This document shows positions 18,270-27,019 of a DNA stretch of 64,000 nucleotides, in pieces. The stretch's first letter is position 1; the number at the start of each line of letters is the position of its first letter. Position numbers and translations under genes: made by a program. The notes below the pieces were generated by a model that worked only from the letters and a program-made list of their open reading frames with translations, was not told where the DNA came from and ran no database searches. Source of the DNA: an uncultured Actinomycetes bacterium (GTDB lineage Bacteria > Actinomycetota > Actinomycetes > S36-B12); NCBI GenBank assembly GCA_963842725.1, contig CAWJHN010000003.1, forward strand, positions 107,536 through 171,535, given 5' to 3'.

Positions 18270-18855
18270 CATTCCCTGGATGTGGCTTGGCGTGCGCGCC
18301 ACCGGCCTGACGGCCTGGGGTCTGCTGACCGCCGTCGTGCTGTGGGGCATCCTGCTCAAGACCCAACTGCTCGGCCGCGTGGCCAAGCCGATGCGACTGC
18401 TGGACCTGCACCGCTGGCTGGGTGCGGTGTCCATCGGGTTCCTGCTGATCCACATGGCACTGCTGTTCTTCGACACGTACGCTCCATACTCGATCCCGGC
18501 CCTGCTGGTGCCCGGCCTGGCGCCTGCGCCGCTCACGACGGCCGCCGCCCTCGGCACGATCGCCTTCTGGATGATGATTCCCGTCTCCGTGCTGGGTCGC
18601 CTCCGCGCGAAGATGGGCGTCGCCGGAAACCGCTGGTTCTCGGGCGTGCACCTCATCGCCTACCTCGCCTGGCCGGTGGCCACCGCCCATTACGTCCTGG
18701 CCGGCACCGACGCGCTCGCCGAGTGGTCGCTGGGCCTGCTGTTCACGGGCACGGCCCTCGTCGTGATGGCCCTGCTGGCCCGCGGGTTCGTCCCGGCGCC
18801 CGGCCCCTCGCGGGCCGTCGGCACCGATGCAAAGCGGTCCCTTACCTCCGCTTAA
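18262..18855 (+). CDS. Ferric reductase-like (MsrQ-like) transmembrane cytochrome b
   Basis: 5-6 TM helices; four His ligands (LHRWLG, LIHM, VHLIAY, AHYV); no FAD/NAD domain. Confidence 0.8.
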   Translation: MADIPWMWLGVRATGLTAWGLLTAVVLWGILLKTQLLGRVAKPMRLLDLHRWLGAVSIGFLLIHMALLFFDTYAPYSIPALLVPGLAPAPLTTAAALGTIAFWMMIPVSVLGRLRAKMGVAGNRWFSGVHLIAYLAWPVATAHYVLAGTDALAEWSLGLLFTGTALVVMALLARGFVPAPGPSRAVGTDAKRSLTSA

Positions 18856-18895
18856 CCATTGGCGGGTTGGTTCGGGGTGCTTTGCCGCATACGGT
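18840..18895 (+). promoter_or_regulatory. Putative OmpR-type direct-repeat box plus -10 element (promoter 2 of the ApbE cluster)
   Basis: ccttacc-tccg-cttaacc at 18840; TACGGT at 18890, the same 50-bp offset as promoter 1. Confidence 0.55.
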
Positions 18896-18963
18896 GGCAT
18901 CTGCGTATGCCTGTGCGAGGCAGTCGCCCGTGGCGTACTGCCCCCGAACGAGGAGAAGCCTGA

Positions 18964-19995
18964 ATGCAGCGCAGCAGTGTCATCGCCACGGTGATCGCCG
19001 CCGGCGGGATCCTCGTGGCCGGGTCGGCGGCCAGTGTTGCCGTTATCCAGGCCGCGTCGACCAGCGAGGCGGCGTCCGAGACGGTGACGCTCGTTGCAGC
19101 CGGGCAGGCCGGCAGCACGCAGAATCCCTCGACCAGCGAGGCCGACCCCACCCTGGCCCCACCCTCCACCGCCTCGACCCCGACCCTCGAACCGGTGGCC
19201 CTGCCCGAGCTTCCCGAGGTCGTCACCCAGACCGGGAGCACCGGATCCACCACCACGTCGAGCGCGGCCCAGAGCACCCGCAGCGGCACCACGGCGCAGG
19301 CCACGCCGGCCAAGCCACGCAAGCCCGCAGCCAGTCCCTTCCCGGTCACCGCTGCACAGGCCGGGGCCAAGGTGCTCAGTCAGGGCCGCGGCGCCTCAAT
19401 CGTCCGGATCAATGCGGCCAAGTACGAAGGCAGCTACGCCTGGGCGGTCCGGATCGTCCGCCCCAACGGCGAGGTGCTGACCGGCTACGTCAATCGCAAG
19501 ACCGGCGTCGTGATCGGCTGGGACGTCAACGAGCGACCCGCAGGCCGCCCGACGACTCCCACCACGGCATCCGCACCGACCGTGCAGGCCGCTCCGGCAC
19601 CCGCGCCCGCTCCGTCCAGGACGCAGGCGCAGGAGTCCGCGCGCGACGACGACGGGGAGCAGCACAGCAGCGCAGCCAACAGGCCCAGGCCCGACTCGAC
19701 CCCCAAGCCGGCACAGACGCAGACGCGGCCCAGCGCGGCTCCCAAGCCAGCATCGACGCACCGGCCGAGGCCCACGGCAGCACCCAAGCCCACGGCAGCA
19801 CCCAGGCCGACCGCCACCCCGAAGCCGACCGCCACGCCCAGGCCCACCTACTCGCCCAGGCCGACCGCGACGCCCAGGCCCACGTACTCGCCCAGGCCCA
19901 CCTACTCGCCGAAGCCGTCCGCATCCGCATCGCCGTCCCCGTCGCCCTCGTGGTCCGACGGGGAGCACCACGAGAGCGACCACGACGATGACTAG
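18964..19995 (+). CDS. Exported PepSY-like domain protein with Pro/Thr-rich stalk and His/Asp tail
   Basis: N-terminal hydrophobic signal; VTAAQA...AWAVRIV...GYVNRKTGVVI resembles PepSY; C-terminal EHHESDHDDD; SD aggag. Confidence 0.65.
   Translation: MQRSSVIATVIAAGGILVAGSAASVAVIQAASTSEAASETVTLVAAGQAGSTQNPSTSEADPTLAPPSTASTPTLEPVALPELPEVVTQTGSTGSTTTSSAAQSTRSGTTAQATPAKPRKPAASPFPVTAAQAGAKVLSQGRGASIVRINAAKYEGSYAWAVRIVRPNGEVLTGYVNRKTGVVIGWDVNERPAGRPTTPTTASAPTVQAAPAPAPAPSRTQAQESARDDDGEQHSSAANRPRPDSTPKPAQTQTRPSAAPKPASTHRPRPTAAPKPTAAPRPTATPKPTATPRPTYSPRPTATPRPTYSPRPTYSPKPSASASPSPSPSWSDGEHHESDHDDD
19765..19926 (+). repeat. In-frame 18-bp tandem repeat (about 9 units, P[RK]PTxx)
   Basis: Units such as cccaggcccacctactcg and ccgaagccgaccgccacg encode PRPTAA-PKPTAA-PRPTAT-PKPTAT-PRPTYS... 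Confidence 0.85.
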
Positions 19996-20524
19996 CCGAC
20001 GGCACACCAGCGCTCCCCTGCGCCGGTCGTCCGTCACCGGGAAGATCGTCTCCTTGACCCTTGCGGCCGCCACGTGCGTCGGCATCGTCGCCGTGATCGG
20101 CGTCCGATCGATCGACACGGTGGCCGGGGCCGCCGACAGCGTCGTCGTCGACGTGCCGTCGGCGCCCGCGGCACCCACCACCACGTGGAGCGACGATCCG
20201 ACCGGGACCGCCGGGCTCACCGCGGCGCAACTCGACGAGTACGCGGCGGCCCTCGAGGCGGAGCGGGCCAAGCTCGATGCCTACCGGGCCAAGTTGATCA
20301 AGCTCGCCAAGCGGCTCAAGGCCGACATCGCCAGGGCGAACGGCGCGGCCGCCGCGCCGACCAGGGCCACGTCCCGCTCCAGTGCACCCGCGGCGACCAA
20401 GCCCACCCGCAAGCCGGCTGCGGTCCGGGCCGGCTCGGCCACCGCGACCCCCGTCGCGGACGTACCGGCACCTGCGGACGTCGCGGGACCCGCCGACGTG
20501 CCCGCGCCGGTCGAGGGCAGCTGA
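19988..20524 (+). CDS. Membrane-anchored coiled-coil protein ending VEGS (paralog B)
   Basis: Shares CVG(L/I)V.VIGVRSI and GL..A.LD.YAA.L..E...L.AYRAKL.K.AK.LK with 16837..17316; ADVPAP repeats. Confidence 0.75.
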   Translation: MTSRRHTSAPLRRSSVTGKIVSLTLAAATCVGIVAVIGVRSIDTVAGAADSVVVDVPSAPAAPTTTWSDDPTGTAGLTAAQLDEYAAALEAERAKLDAYRAKLIKLAKRLKADIARANGAAAAPTRATSRSSAPAATKPTRKPAAVRAGSATATPVADVPAPADVAGPADVPAPVEGS

Positions 20525-20573
20525 CCGACGCACCGGCGCGGCGCCCGCCGTCCCGCCATGCCAGCATGACCCC

Positions 20574-21815
20574 ATGAGCACGTTCGGTCTGGACGGCGTC
20601 CTGCCCTGGTCGCAGGCGCGGCACGTGGCCGCGACCGCCGCCCGACCCCTGGACACCGTCGCCGCCCGCCTCGACGAGGCGGGGGGCGCCGTCCTCTCCC
20701 GTCCGCTGGCGACCGTGCAGGACGATCCACCCGCCGACAGCGCCGCCGCCGCAGGCTTCGCCGTCTGCGGCGAGGGTCCGTGGCAGCTGGACCTGCACGC
20801 CGACGTCCTGACGAGCGGCCATGGCAGCCCGGTCGAGGCCGGCGAGCCCATCCCTCGGCACACCGACGCGGTCCTCACCGAGGAGCAGGGCTCAGTGTCC
20901 GAGGCCGGCGACGGACGCTACCTGCTGCTCGCGCGGGACCCGCTCACCGGCATCCCCGACGAGCGCGTGCGGCCCGACTTCGGCGAGGGCATCGTGCGGC
21001 AGGCTGCCCATTCAACGGCTGGCCACGTCCTCGTCTCCCCAGGGAGCATCGTGACGCCCGCCGTGATCTCCCTCGCAGCCGCCGCCGGAGCCGACGAGAT
21101 CTCCATCGTCCGCACGCCAGTGGTGGGCGTACTGGTGCTCGGTGGGCACCTCCTCGACCGCGGGCTGCCGCGGCACGGCCGCGTGCGTGACGCGCTGGGC
21201 CATGCCGTCCCTGCCTTCGTCGGCGCGCTCGGAGCCCGGGGCAACCCCGCAGTGCGGGGGCCGGACACCGCTGAACTGCTGCTCCGCGAGATCGAGGACG
21301 CCGCCGTCGACGTCCTGATCACGACCGGATCGACGGCACCGGGGCCGGACAACCACCTGCGCCGCGTGCTGCGCGACCTCGGGGCCCGGTGGCTCGTCGA
21401 CGGCGTCAGCGTGACGCCCGGCGCGCAGATGCTGCTGGCCCGGCTACCCGACGGCCGGTTCCTGGTCGGGCTGCCGGGCGATCCGCCATCCGCCCTGGCC
21501 GGTCTGGTGACTCTGGTCAGCCCTCTCGTTCGGGCCCTGCGGGGCCAGGAGATCGACGCGCGGCGCCGCTCGGCGGTGCTCATGGACGACGCCCCTGCGG
21601 CGGACTTCGCCGACGACACCGCACTGGCCCCGGTGCGGCTCGAGGTGTCGACGGCCGCCACCCAGGCGCACCCGATCCCGGTGGGCGGCCCGGCCGGCCT
21701 CCGGGGCTGGGCGCTCGCCGATGCCGTCGCCGTCATCCCGCCAGGTGCCGGCCTGCGCGGCGACGTCGTCGAACTCCTCGACCCGTTCGGCCGCCACGCG
21801 GAGTCGGGGGCATGA
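20574..21815 (+). CDS. MoeA/gephyrin-like protein with degenerate active-site motifs
   Basis: MoeA layout (LSRPL, IPRHTDAV..EE, DVLITTG, LVGLPGDP.SA, LADA) but the SAMDG and TGDE motifs are altered. Confidence 0.75.
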   Translation: MSTFGLDGVLPWSQARHVAATAARPLDTVAARLDEAGGAVLSRPLATVQDDPPADSAAAAGFAVCGEGPWQLDLHADVLTSGHGSPVEAGEPIPRHTDAVLTEEQGSVSEAGDGRYLLLARDPLTGIPDERVRPDFGEGIVRQAAHSTAGHVLVSPGSIVTPAVISLAAAAGADEISIVRTPVVGVLVLGGHLLDRGLPRHGRVRDALGHAVPAFVGALGARGNPAVRGPDTAELLLREIEDAAVDVLITTGSTAPGPDNHLRRVLRDLGARWLVDGVSVTPGAQMLLARLPDGRFLVGLPGDPPSALAGLVTLVSPLVRALRGQEIDARRRSAVLMDDAPAADFADDTALAPVRLEVSTAATQAHPIPVGGPAGLRGWALADAVAVIPPGAGLRGDVVELLDPFGRHAESGA

Positions 21816-21892
21816 CGGACGTCACGCGGCCGTACCCCGCTTTCTCTGCCTATTAAGTAGGAAAAGCCGCTCGGGACGGTTAGGGTGTGCCG

Positions 21893-22804
21893 GTGACGTT
21901 TGCCGACATCGATTTCGCCCTCTCCCTGGGCGGCCTGGTGGCAGGCCTCATGGTCGGGCTCACCGGGATGGGCGGCGCGGCCCTCGTCACCCCGATGCTG
22001 GTCTTGCTGTTCGGCATCTCCCCGGCCGCCGCCGTGTCGAGCGACGTGGTCGCGTCGGCCTTCATGAAGCCGGTCGGCGCGTGGGTCCACATCCGCCACC
22101 GCACCGTGCACTGGGGACTCGTTGCCTGGCTGTCGGCCGGGTCCATCCCGGGGGTGCTCCTGGGGACGGTCGTCTTCGCCCGCGTGCTCACGTCGGACGA
22201 GGCGAGTGAGACGATCCAGACCTGGATCGGCTACGTGCTGCTGCTGGCCCTGGCCGCCATGCTCGCCAAGGTGTGGGTGGCCCGCCGCGCCAGCCACCTG
22301 CGCGAGGTCCGGATGCCGGTAGGCACCGAGATGCCCGTCCGCCCGATGCCCACGCTCCTGCTCGGCCTGGGCGTAGGCGTCCTGGTGGGAATGACGAGTG
22401 TCGGCTCGGGCTCCCTCATCGTCACCACGCTGCTCCTGCTGTACCCGCTGCTCCGGCCGTCGATCCTGGTCGGCACCGACCTGACCCAGGCGGTGCCCAT
22501 GCTCATCGCCGGCGCCATCGCCCATGCGGGGTTCGGCGACATCAGCGTCGCCGTCGTGGTTTCGCTGCTGATCGGGCAGATCCCCGGCGTGTGGGTCGGC
22601 GCCCGCATGTCGTCCCGCTACGACGGGCACGCCCTTCGCTGGCTGCTGATGGTCGTCCTGGCGGCGACGGCCCTGAAGTTACTGGGCATCTCGAGCCTGA
22701 TTGCTGGCATGATCGCCATCGTCGGGGTCATCGTCGTGAGCGCGCTGTTCGTGAGGGAACGCATTCATGCCAGGAGTCAGGAGTCGGGAAGCCCGTCACC
22801 CTGA
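21893..22804 (+). CDS. Sulfite exporter TauE/SafE (TSUP) family protein
   Basis: VGLTGMGG..LVTP, AVSSD, GMTSVGSGS, LVGTDL; TAGGGT 6 nt before GTG 21893. Confidence 0.88.
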   Translation: MTFADIDFALSLGGLVAGLMVGLTGMGGAALVTPMLVLLFGISPAAAVSSDVVASAFMKPVGAWVHIRHRTVHWGLVAWLSAGSIPGVLLGTVVFARVLTSDEASETIQTWIGYVLLLALAAMLAKVWVARRASHLREVRMPVGTEMPVRPMPTLLLGLGVGVLVGMTSVGSGSLIVTTLLLLYPLLRPSILVGTDLTQAVPMLIAGAIAHAGFGDISVAVVVSLLIGQIPGVWVGARMSSRYDGHALRWLLMVVLAATALKLLGISSLIAGMIAIVGVIVVSALFVRERIHARSQESGSPSP

Positions 22805-23836
22805 CGACGGCGCACCACCCCCGCTGGAGTTCCCGGAGCGGCGCTTCAGCCCGATGCGCAACATCGGCGTCCGCGTCGCCGTGGCTGTGCTCGCGCTAGT
22901 CCTCACCACGGCGATCGTCTATCTGGAGCAGGACTGCTACCAGGACCGCGGTGAGATGGCGGGGCTGTCCTGGATCGACGCCTTCTACTACGCCACGGTC
23001 ACGCTGTCGACAACCGGCTACGGTGACATCACGCCGGTATGCGAATCCTCCCGGCTGCTCAACGCTCTGGTCATCACCCCGCTTCGCTTCCTGTTCCTCA
23101 TCGTCCTCGTCGGGACCACCATCGAGGTGCTCACCCGTCGAACCCGCGAGCAGCTGCGCTCGAACCGCTGGAGGAAGAACGTGGACAAGCACACCGTGGT
23201 CGTCGGCTACGGCGTCAAGGGCCGCGCTGCTGCGCACTCGCCTCACCGACGCCGGAACCCCGAAGACGAGCATCGTCGTCGTGTCCCCCGACCGCAGCGC
23301 CGTCGACGAGGCGACCCGCGACGGCTTCGTGGGCGTGGTCGGCGACGGACGGCGCGAGGAGATCCTGCACGACGCGGCGATCGAGACGCGCGTCCCGCAT
23401 CGTCGTCGCGACGAACGAGGACGACACCTCGATCCTGGTCACCCTGACGGCCCGGCGACTCGCGCCTGAGGCGACCATCGTCGCTGCGGTGCGCGAGTCC
23501 CAGAATGCGGAGATCCTGCGACAGTCGGGGGCCAACACCGTGATCCCGACGGCGGAGTCCGCCGGTCGGCTGATGGGGCTGTCATTGCTCTCGAGCACGG
23601 CGGGCGAGATCATGGAGGACCTGCTCGACTCGGGTCGCGGGCTCGAGGTCGTCGAGCGCGACATCTCGCGCGAGGAGCTCGGTCTGGCACCGCAGGACCT
23701 TGACGCCCGTGGGCAGATCGTCTTGGCTGTGATCCGCAAGGGCACGTCGCACCGCTTCGACACGGAGGGAATTCGCTCGCTCGAGTCCGGAGACCGCCTC
23801 GTCGTCATCAGGCACAACCCCGGGGGAACGAGGTAG
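22767..23836 (+). CDS. Potassium channel protein (2TM pore + TrkA-N/RCK), interrupted by two +1 frameshifts
   Basis: Filter TTGYGDI, VVGYGVKG, VVGDG, IVVATNEDD; extra bases near 23241 and 23386-23389. Confidence 0.8.
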
Positions 23837-23838
23837 GC

Positions 23839-24820
23839 ATGTATGCGATCACCTTCGCCGAGCCCGGTGGACCCGAGGTCCTGACGTGGGAGAAGGTGGC
23901 CGACCCGACACCCGGCCCCGGTGAGGTGATCGTCGACGTCGCCGCTACCGCCGTGAACCGCGCCGACCTGCTGCAGCGGCAGGGGCACTACCCGCCACCG
24001 GCCGGCGCATCCGAGATCCTCGGACTCGAGTGCTCGGGGACGATCAGCTCCGTCGGCGCGGCCATCAGCCTCGACCACATCGGTGAGAAGGTCACGGCGC
24101 TGCTCGCCGGCGGGGGATACGCGCAGAAGGTCGCCGTGCCGATCGGCCAGATCATGGCCGTGCCCGTCGGACTCACGCCTCATCGAGGCGGCGGCCCTGC
24201 CCGAGGTCGCCTGCACGGTCTGGAGCAATCTCGACCTGACCGCGAACCTCAGCGAGGGGGAATGGCTCCTGATCCATGGTGGCGGCTCGGGCGTCGGCAC
24301 GGCCGCCATCCAGATCGGCCGGGCGCTCGGCGCCCGGATCGCCGTGACGGCCGGCAGCGCGGAGAAGCTCGAGCGCTGCGCCCAACTCGGTGCCGACGTC
24401 GTCATCAACTACCACGAGCAGGACTTCGTCGAGGTCATCCGGAACGAGACCCACGGGCGTGGTGCCAACGTCATCCTCGACAACATGGGCGCCGCCTACC
24501 TCGAGCGCAACGTGGCTGCCCTCGCCCGCGACGGTCGACTGGTCATCATCGGCATGCAGGGAGGGGTCAGCGCCGGTCTCGACATCGGGGTCCTCCTCCG
24601 CAAGAACGCCTCCGTGCACGCCACCTCGCTGCGGGGCCGGCCCGAGTCCGAGAAGGCGGCCATCTGCGCCCAGGTCGAGCGCACCGTCTGGCCGTGGGTC
24701 ACGGCCGGACTCGTGCGACCCATCGTCGATCGCGTCCTGCCGATGAAGGATGCCGCCTACGCCCACCAGCAGCTCGCCGACGGCAACGTCACTGGCAAGG
24801 TGGTGCTCTCGGTCTCATGA
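23839..24820 (+). CDS. NAD(P)H-quinone oxidoreductase (PIG3 family), one +1 frameshift near 24178
   Basis: VNRADLLQRQGHYPPP, GLECSG, GGGYA, then AAALPEV, LIHGGGSGVG, GKVVL in the next frame. Confidence 0.85.
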
Positions 24821-26031
24821 CGCGCCGGATCGCGGTTGTCGCCCTTGCCCTCATCGTCGGCCTGGCGGCCCAGCTCGCCCCGTCGGCTCCGGCGTCCGCG
24901 GCGACGTCGGTCAGCTGCGCGACCGCACCGGCCCCGATCACCGATCAGCAACGGGCAGCGGCGTGGGACCTGGCCGCCATCCGCCTGGCCGCGCTGGACG
25001 GTCCGGCCACGTCTCCCTTCGGCGCCACGGGCTCCGGAGGGTACCGACGCACCAGCGCCTACGCCTGGACGTCTGGCTTCTTCCCCGCGTCGCTCTGGCT
25101 CATGTACGACCACACGGACGATCCGGCGTGGCTGTCGCGCGCCCGCCGCTACACCCGGGCCGTCCTGCCCGTGGCCGACTGGACGGGTTCCCATGACCTC
25201 GGCTTCATGGTCGGCCTGCCGGCCGGCCTGGGCCTGGGGGCGGATCCGTCGGTCAACCGCGGCACCTCCTACGCGCGGGCGATCATCGACGCGGCCCAGA
25301 GCCTGTCGACCCGATGGAACAGCAAGGTGCGGGCGATCCGATCGGGCGAGTACGGCGGGCGGTGGGGCCTGATCATCGACTCGGCCATGAATGCGCCGCT
25401 GCTGATGGAGGCGGGCCTGGTGCTCGGCGGAGTCGAGGGCAGGCGCCTCTACCTGCGGGGCGATCGCCACCTGGTCACCCTGCGGCGGCACCTCGTGCGA
25501 GCCGACGGGTCGACGCGGCACCGGGTCGCCTTCGACGCTCGGACCGGCCGGGAGCTGGGGCCGATCGCCGGCCAGGGCCTGGGTGCGCAGAGCACCTGGG
25601 CGCGGGGTCAGGCGTGGGCGATCCGCGGCTTCGCGCGGGGATACGAGCTGGCACCCGACGCGCGGCTGCTCGAGACCGCGCGCGCCACGTCCGACTACTG
25701 GATCGCCCATGTGCCGGCTGGGTGCGTCCCCGCCTGGGATCTCGACGTGACCGATCCCGACGCCCCGCGTGACTCCTCGGCGGCCGCCATCGCCGCCGAC
25801 GGCCTGCTGCTGATGGCCAACGTGGACCCCGACCCGGCTCGCGCCGCCGCCTACCGGCAGTACGCGACGACGACCTTGGGCACGCTGGTCGCCCCGCCGT
25901 GGCTGACGACGGACCCGGCCGGGCGCGGGCTGCTGCAGCGTCAGAGCTACAACGTCCCGGCCGATGCGCGGGAGGGGACGTACGCCTGGGGGGACACCTA
26001 CCTGCTGTCGGCGCTGCGCAGGAGCGGGTAG
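24817..26031 (+). CDS. Secreted glycoside hydrolase family 88-like (unsaturated glucuronyl hydrolase)
   Basis: WTSGFF, HDLGF, IIDSAMN, WARGQAWA, RDSSAAAIAA, WGD; signal peptide ending ASA. Confidence 0.8.
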   Translation: MTRRIAVVALALIVGLAAQLAPSAPASAATSVSCATAPAPITDQQRAAAWDLAAIRLAALDGPATSPFGATGSGGYRRTSAYAWTSGFFPASLWLMYDHTDDPAWLSRARRYTRAVLPVADWTGSHDLGFMVGLPAGLGLGADPSVNRGTSYARAIIDAAQSLSTRWNSKVRAIRSGEYGGRWGLIIDSAMNAPLLMEAGLVLGGVEGRRLYLRGDRHLVTLRRHLVRADGSTRHRVAFDARTGRELGPIAGQGLGAQSTWARGQAWAIRGFARGYELAPDARLLETARATSDYWIAHVPAGCVPAWDLDVTDPDAPRDSSAAAIAADGLLLMANVDPDPARAAAYRQYATTTLGTLVAPPWLTTDPAGRGLLQRQSYNVPADAREGTYAWGDTYLLSALRRSG

Positions 26032-27008
26032 CACCACACGTCGATCACGTGCTCCGTGGCGTAGCCGACCGACTCGTACAGGGCGGTGGCCCCGGTGGTG
26101 TTCTCGCCGTCGACGGCGAGCGAGATGGCCGTCCGTCCACGTGCCACCGCGTCCGACGAGGCGCACTCGAGCAGCCAGCGGGCGATCCCCCGCCCGCGTG
26201 CGGCCGGAACGACGCCGAGCGTGCGCACGTAGCCCCGACCGAACTCCGCCCTCGAGTCGTCGACGACGCACAGGCCGACCGGCTCGCCGTTGAGCTCGGC
26301 GATCCACCATCCGGCCGGGTCGTTGCCGGGTGCTGCCTCCAGCCGGTCGATCCACTCCTCGAAGGGCTCGTCATGCGTCATCCCGAAGTGCTCGGCGAAC
26401 GTCTCCTCGTACAGCGCGTGCAGCAGCCGGCGGTCGGCCTCGCCATCCACCACCCGCCTGACCACGCCGGCGGGCGCCCGGGACACCGTGAGTGGGGCGC
26501 CGGTCAGGTCCTTCAGCATGCGCCAGAAGCGCCGGATCGGGCGGAAGCCAAGTCCCTCGATGACGGCTCGGTAGGCCGAGTCCTGCGCGTACGAGCCGGC
26601 GACGACCTGCCAGATATCGGCAGACAGCGCGTAGGCGTCGTCGGGCACGGTCGACGGCACATCCTCGTCGGCCAGCTGCACTGTGGCAGCTATCGCGTGG
26701 GACAGCAGGATCCGCTGCAGTGCGGCGGCGTCCGACCCCACGGCAAAGGCATCGACGAAGACCTCGCGGCCCGGCCGGTCCAGCTCGGCGGCGAGCAGCG
26801 CCACCGGCGTCCCCTCCGCCAGCACGAACCGGTGCTCGTCGCGCCACCCGAGCGGGCCGCCAAGCTGAGACGCGACCGATTCGCGCGTGGCGTCGGTCCA
26901 GCCCACGCCCGCCAGCTCGCAGGAGCTGACCAGCGCAAGGGCGGCGTCGATGTCACGCGGATCGTCGACGTCGACCGTGCGCGACGTGAAGCCCCTGGGC
27001 AGGTCCAT
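25998..27008 (-). CDS. GNAT acetyltransferase (MshD-like two-domain layout)
   Basis: LGVVPAARGRGIA, LAVDGENTTGATALYESVGY. Confidence 0.85.
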   Translation of the reverse strand: MDLPRGFTSRTVDVDDPRDIDAALALVSSCELAGVGWTDATRESVASQLGGPLGWRDEHRFVLAEGTPVALLAAELDRPGREVFVDAFAVGSDAAALQRILLSHAIAATVQLADEDVPSTVPDDAYALSADIWQVVAGSYAQDSAYRAVIEGLGFRPIRRFWRMLKDLTGAPLTVSRAPAGVVRRVVDGEADRRLLHALYEETFAEHFGMTHDEPFEEWIDRLEAAPGNDPAGWWIAELNGEPVGLCVVDDSRAEFGRGYVRTLGVVPAARGRGIARWLLECASSDAVARGRTAISLAVDGENTTGATALYESVGYATEHVIDVWCYPLLRSADSR

Positions 27009-27019
27009 GACGGTCGACG

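Noticed and set aside
22767-24820. Programmed frameshifting or true pseudogenes
   Set aside because: No slippery heptamer or stimulatory structure seen, and the proteins are otherwise intact; sequencing error is more likely.
23839-26031. 730-aa quinone oxidoreductase::GH88 fusion
   Set aside because: Artefact of the frameshift near 24178; the oxidoreductase ends at 24820 and GH88 has its own ATG and signal peptide at 24817.
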